From assembly GCA_030141605.1 (NCBI GenBank), contig JAQGDQ010000924.1, positions 1 through 64,000 of the forward strand: 64,000 bases of DNA, in the 5' to 3' direction. Source of the stretch: Tubiluchus corallicola (lineage: Eukaryota; Animalia; Priapulida). The notes beneath the pieces were generated by a model. The model worked only from the letters and a program-made list of their open reading frames with translations, was not told the origin of the DNA and did no database searches. Shown here one piece after another: positions 1 through 64,000 of the stretch (within the stretch, counting starts at the first letter, position 1; the number at the start of each line of letters is the position of its first letter). Position numbers and translations under genes: made by a program.

Positions 1-522
1 GATAGATTAGGAACATGTAGGATAGATTAGGAACATGTAGGATAGATTAGGAACATGTAGGATAGATTGGAACATGTAGGATAGATTAGGAACATGTAGG
101 ATAGATTTGGAACATGTAGGATAGATTAGGAACATGTAGGATAGATTAGGAACATGTAGGATAGATTAGGAACATGTAAGATAGATTAGGAACATGTAAG
201 ATAGATTAGGAACATGTAGGATAGATTAGAAACATGTAGGATAGATTTGGAACACGTAGGATAGATTAGGAACATGTAGGATAGATTTGGAACACGTAGG
301 ATAGATTTGGAACATGTAGATAAATTAAAACATGTAAGATAGATTAAACATGTAGGCTAGATTAGGAACATGTAAGATAGATTAGAAACATGTAAGATAG
401 ATTAGAAACGTGTAGGATAGATTTGGAACACGTAGGATAGATTTGGAACACGTAGGATAGAATAGGAACATGTAGGATAGAATAGGAACACGTAGGATAG
501 ATTAGAAACATGTAGGATAGAT
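1..522. repeat. 20-bp tandem minisatellite (GATAGATTAGGAACATGTAG)n, truncated by the window start
   Basis: About 26 direct copies visible. Confidence 0.95.
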
Positions 523-590
523 AAGAACCAGTGGACCATGTTTTAGTAATACCAATAAAATTCTGAACTAAGTTAAATGTTATTTTGCAG

Positions 591-61891
<61,301 letters not shown>

Positions 61892-61989
61892 GTATGTCAG
61901 CAGGTTTACTCCAAGAGAGTACTCATTACCGTTTTGTCATTTAATTCATGTTAAACCTCGAGAGTAGGAGTGGAAAATGTTTAGTTTAA

Positions 61990-62582
61990 CCCTTTCACTA
62001 CGTAGTTTTTTAACTGGGTCCACATCGCATTTTGTACGTTTGACAATCAGTTTTTGTGGTTTGTTACTAAAACAGAATCTTTTAAATGAACAAATAGTCG
62101 TTTGATGTTAAACACTAATATTGAATATTAGTTTTATTTGGGCACATGAACACACATACGTGCACACGTGCATGCACTCACGCACACACGTGTATACCCA
62201 CACATATAAGCACGTCATTATATTTAGAAACCTGTTTTCCTAAGCCATAACCAAAAGTCATAACACTAACTCGTAATATGCATTCATTTTTTAAAAATGC
62301 AGAACAAGCAACTAAACACATTGCCCGAGAAAGTGACATAGTGTATTTTACTGCCGAATGCACCTGCTTTTTGCTGATTGGCTAGTTAGCGTTACTTGTT
62401 GCGAAGCATTCCAAGTTACACAGCTGTTAAACTTTCCTACAATGTTTTTGCTTGACCGTAGCAGTGAAATAAACAGACCTGGATGACTGCGCTTAGTGCT
62501 GAGGTCGGGCGGCCGTCAACCGTCTTCCGTCCCTTACATGAAAAATGTTGGCGGCAGTGTGCCACTTGCCGTAGTGATAGGG
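61990..62582. mobile_element. piggyBac-like MITE
   Basis: ttaa|ccctttcactacg ... cgtagtgataggg|ttaa. Confidence 0.8.
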
Positions 62583-62588
62583 TTAATG

Positions 62589-63066
62589 CAGGGGTGTGCA
62601 AATTATCTGACTAGCTGGGCTACATTGAACTTTCCCGCAATTCCTGCGGGCCACATGCAGTTTTGTCAAGGAGCCAAGTACAGAAAGGCCTAATAACGAT
62701 TTTTTTTTGCATCCGACATGCTTACATCATCACTACTGCACTCAAGAAACTATTTTAGAAGTTATTAAAATTTATATTACAAACCATATATTTCTACTTT
62801 CAGGACAGATAGTGGTAATTTCATTACAATGCATATTAGTAATGTGTATCACACAGTCTGTGTAGTACAGTGACATTAAGCTACAACCGTCTTGTAAGGG
62901 TTAATGGCATCCGATCTAGTAGAAAAAACTACCCGCACTATTTTTGGGATCGTGGCACAGACTTCAGCTGGATACACTCAATTAATCGCCCGGGCCGCAC
63001 TTTCATTAGGTTGACAAATCTCTTCGCTGGCCGCACAAATTCTGTCGGCGGGCCACAACACCCCTG
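62589..63066 (-). mobile_element. hAT family D, copy without the pogo insertion
   Basis: caggggtgtg ... acacccctg; perfect 8-bp TSD ggttaatg; reverse complement of the 24515-25918 flanks. Confidence 0.9.
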
Positions 63067-63479
63067 GGTTAATGTTTGTTACTGGCTGAAATTTAAAATT
63101 TGTTCAAAGTTTTTTGCAAAATTGTGTAATTTGTTGTGTATTCAAAACATTGCGAGCAAATGTAATGTTTTTACTCTCCCATCTGGACGTGTCTAATAAC
63201 TTAACTTGTAAGATAGTTTAAAACATGTTTACGTCACTCAATTTATTATTCATTTATTCATTTAGTTCAATGTTATCCATTTCATTGTTATTAAAGTTTC
63301 TGTAATAGTAATACCGCTCATATGGAGGGCACTTTCCTGTTCATTGTTAGGGTCATTCGATGATTTTGCATTTCGAAGAGTGTTGCATATTGCTAATGAT
63401 TGCACTGGGGAACTGGAAGCAGCTTGCGTATGATTGCATATCTGTTTATTAGTCAATAAAAACATAATTCATTATACGT

Positions 63480-64000
63480 TCATATCTTGGTTTGCCGGAC
63501 CTCGGTTTTACAGATATCAGAAAAATCGGACGAAATCTGGACCGTTAAAAAAGTCCCGCATACTACGGACAAAGTCCGTGTGCTTCGTGAGCTGGCCACT
63601 AGTTGGCGGGCCGTCACTTTGTATGCATCTTTACATCAATGTAACCAAGCAGCGTGTAACGATTGACTTAACGTGATTGTTGCTAAGTATGTTATAGTGC
63701 GCAAAAGGAAAGACGACATAAAAATAGTATATAGCTTGTATGTCAGCGTGTTTAAGTTTTTATATACTTTTGCATAGGAGCGGCCCGTACTAGACATTTT
63801 TGTGATAATTAGGCAGCTGATTCTACATTATCGTGAATCTAATACACGGGACCTACTCTGTATTAGCTTAGTATCTGTAAATGTTCAAGTTTTTATATAC
63901 TTTTGCATAGGAGCGGTCCATACTAAACATTTTTGTGACAATTTGGCACCTGATTCTACATTACCGTGGGTCAAATACGCGGGACCTACCGTGTATTAGC
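63480..64000 (+). mobile_element. Dispersed repeat family E with internal tandem repeats
   Basis: Homologous to 58197-58705; repeated tttttatatacttttgcataggagcgg. Confidence 0.6.

Overview
Eukaryotic, AT-rich, invertebrate-like animal DNA. The whole window lies inside one large + strand gene that starts before base 1 and continues past base 64000. I can chain 33 GT-AG exons (591..61891, about 8517 nt, about 2839 aa) in a single stop-free frame. The first 17 exons (about 1040 aa) encode spectrin-like helical repeats of the CCDC141/SESTD1/zormin type. They are followed by phase-0 micro-exons and then a long Pro/Glu/Val/Lys/Gln-rich region built from an unfamiliar ~120-140 aa repeat (QQLPQAGFTTKT...GYLSEPEEEE...RRYFDD...EEEHRKFTEEH). 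This fits a giant titin/sallimus-zormin-like muscle protein, an inference because no Ig domains fall in the window. The introns hold many non-autonomous DNA transposons (hAT with 8-bp TSDs, Tc1/Tigger with TA, Kolobok- and piggyBac-like with TTAA). They also contain a deleted pogo-family transposon nested in a hAT element, LINE 3' fragments, a tRNA-derived SINE, and micro/minisatellites. No prokaryotic features, CRISPR arrays, rRNA or intact tRNA genes were seen. All coordinates were read by eye.
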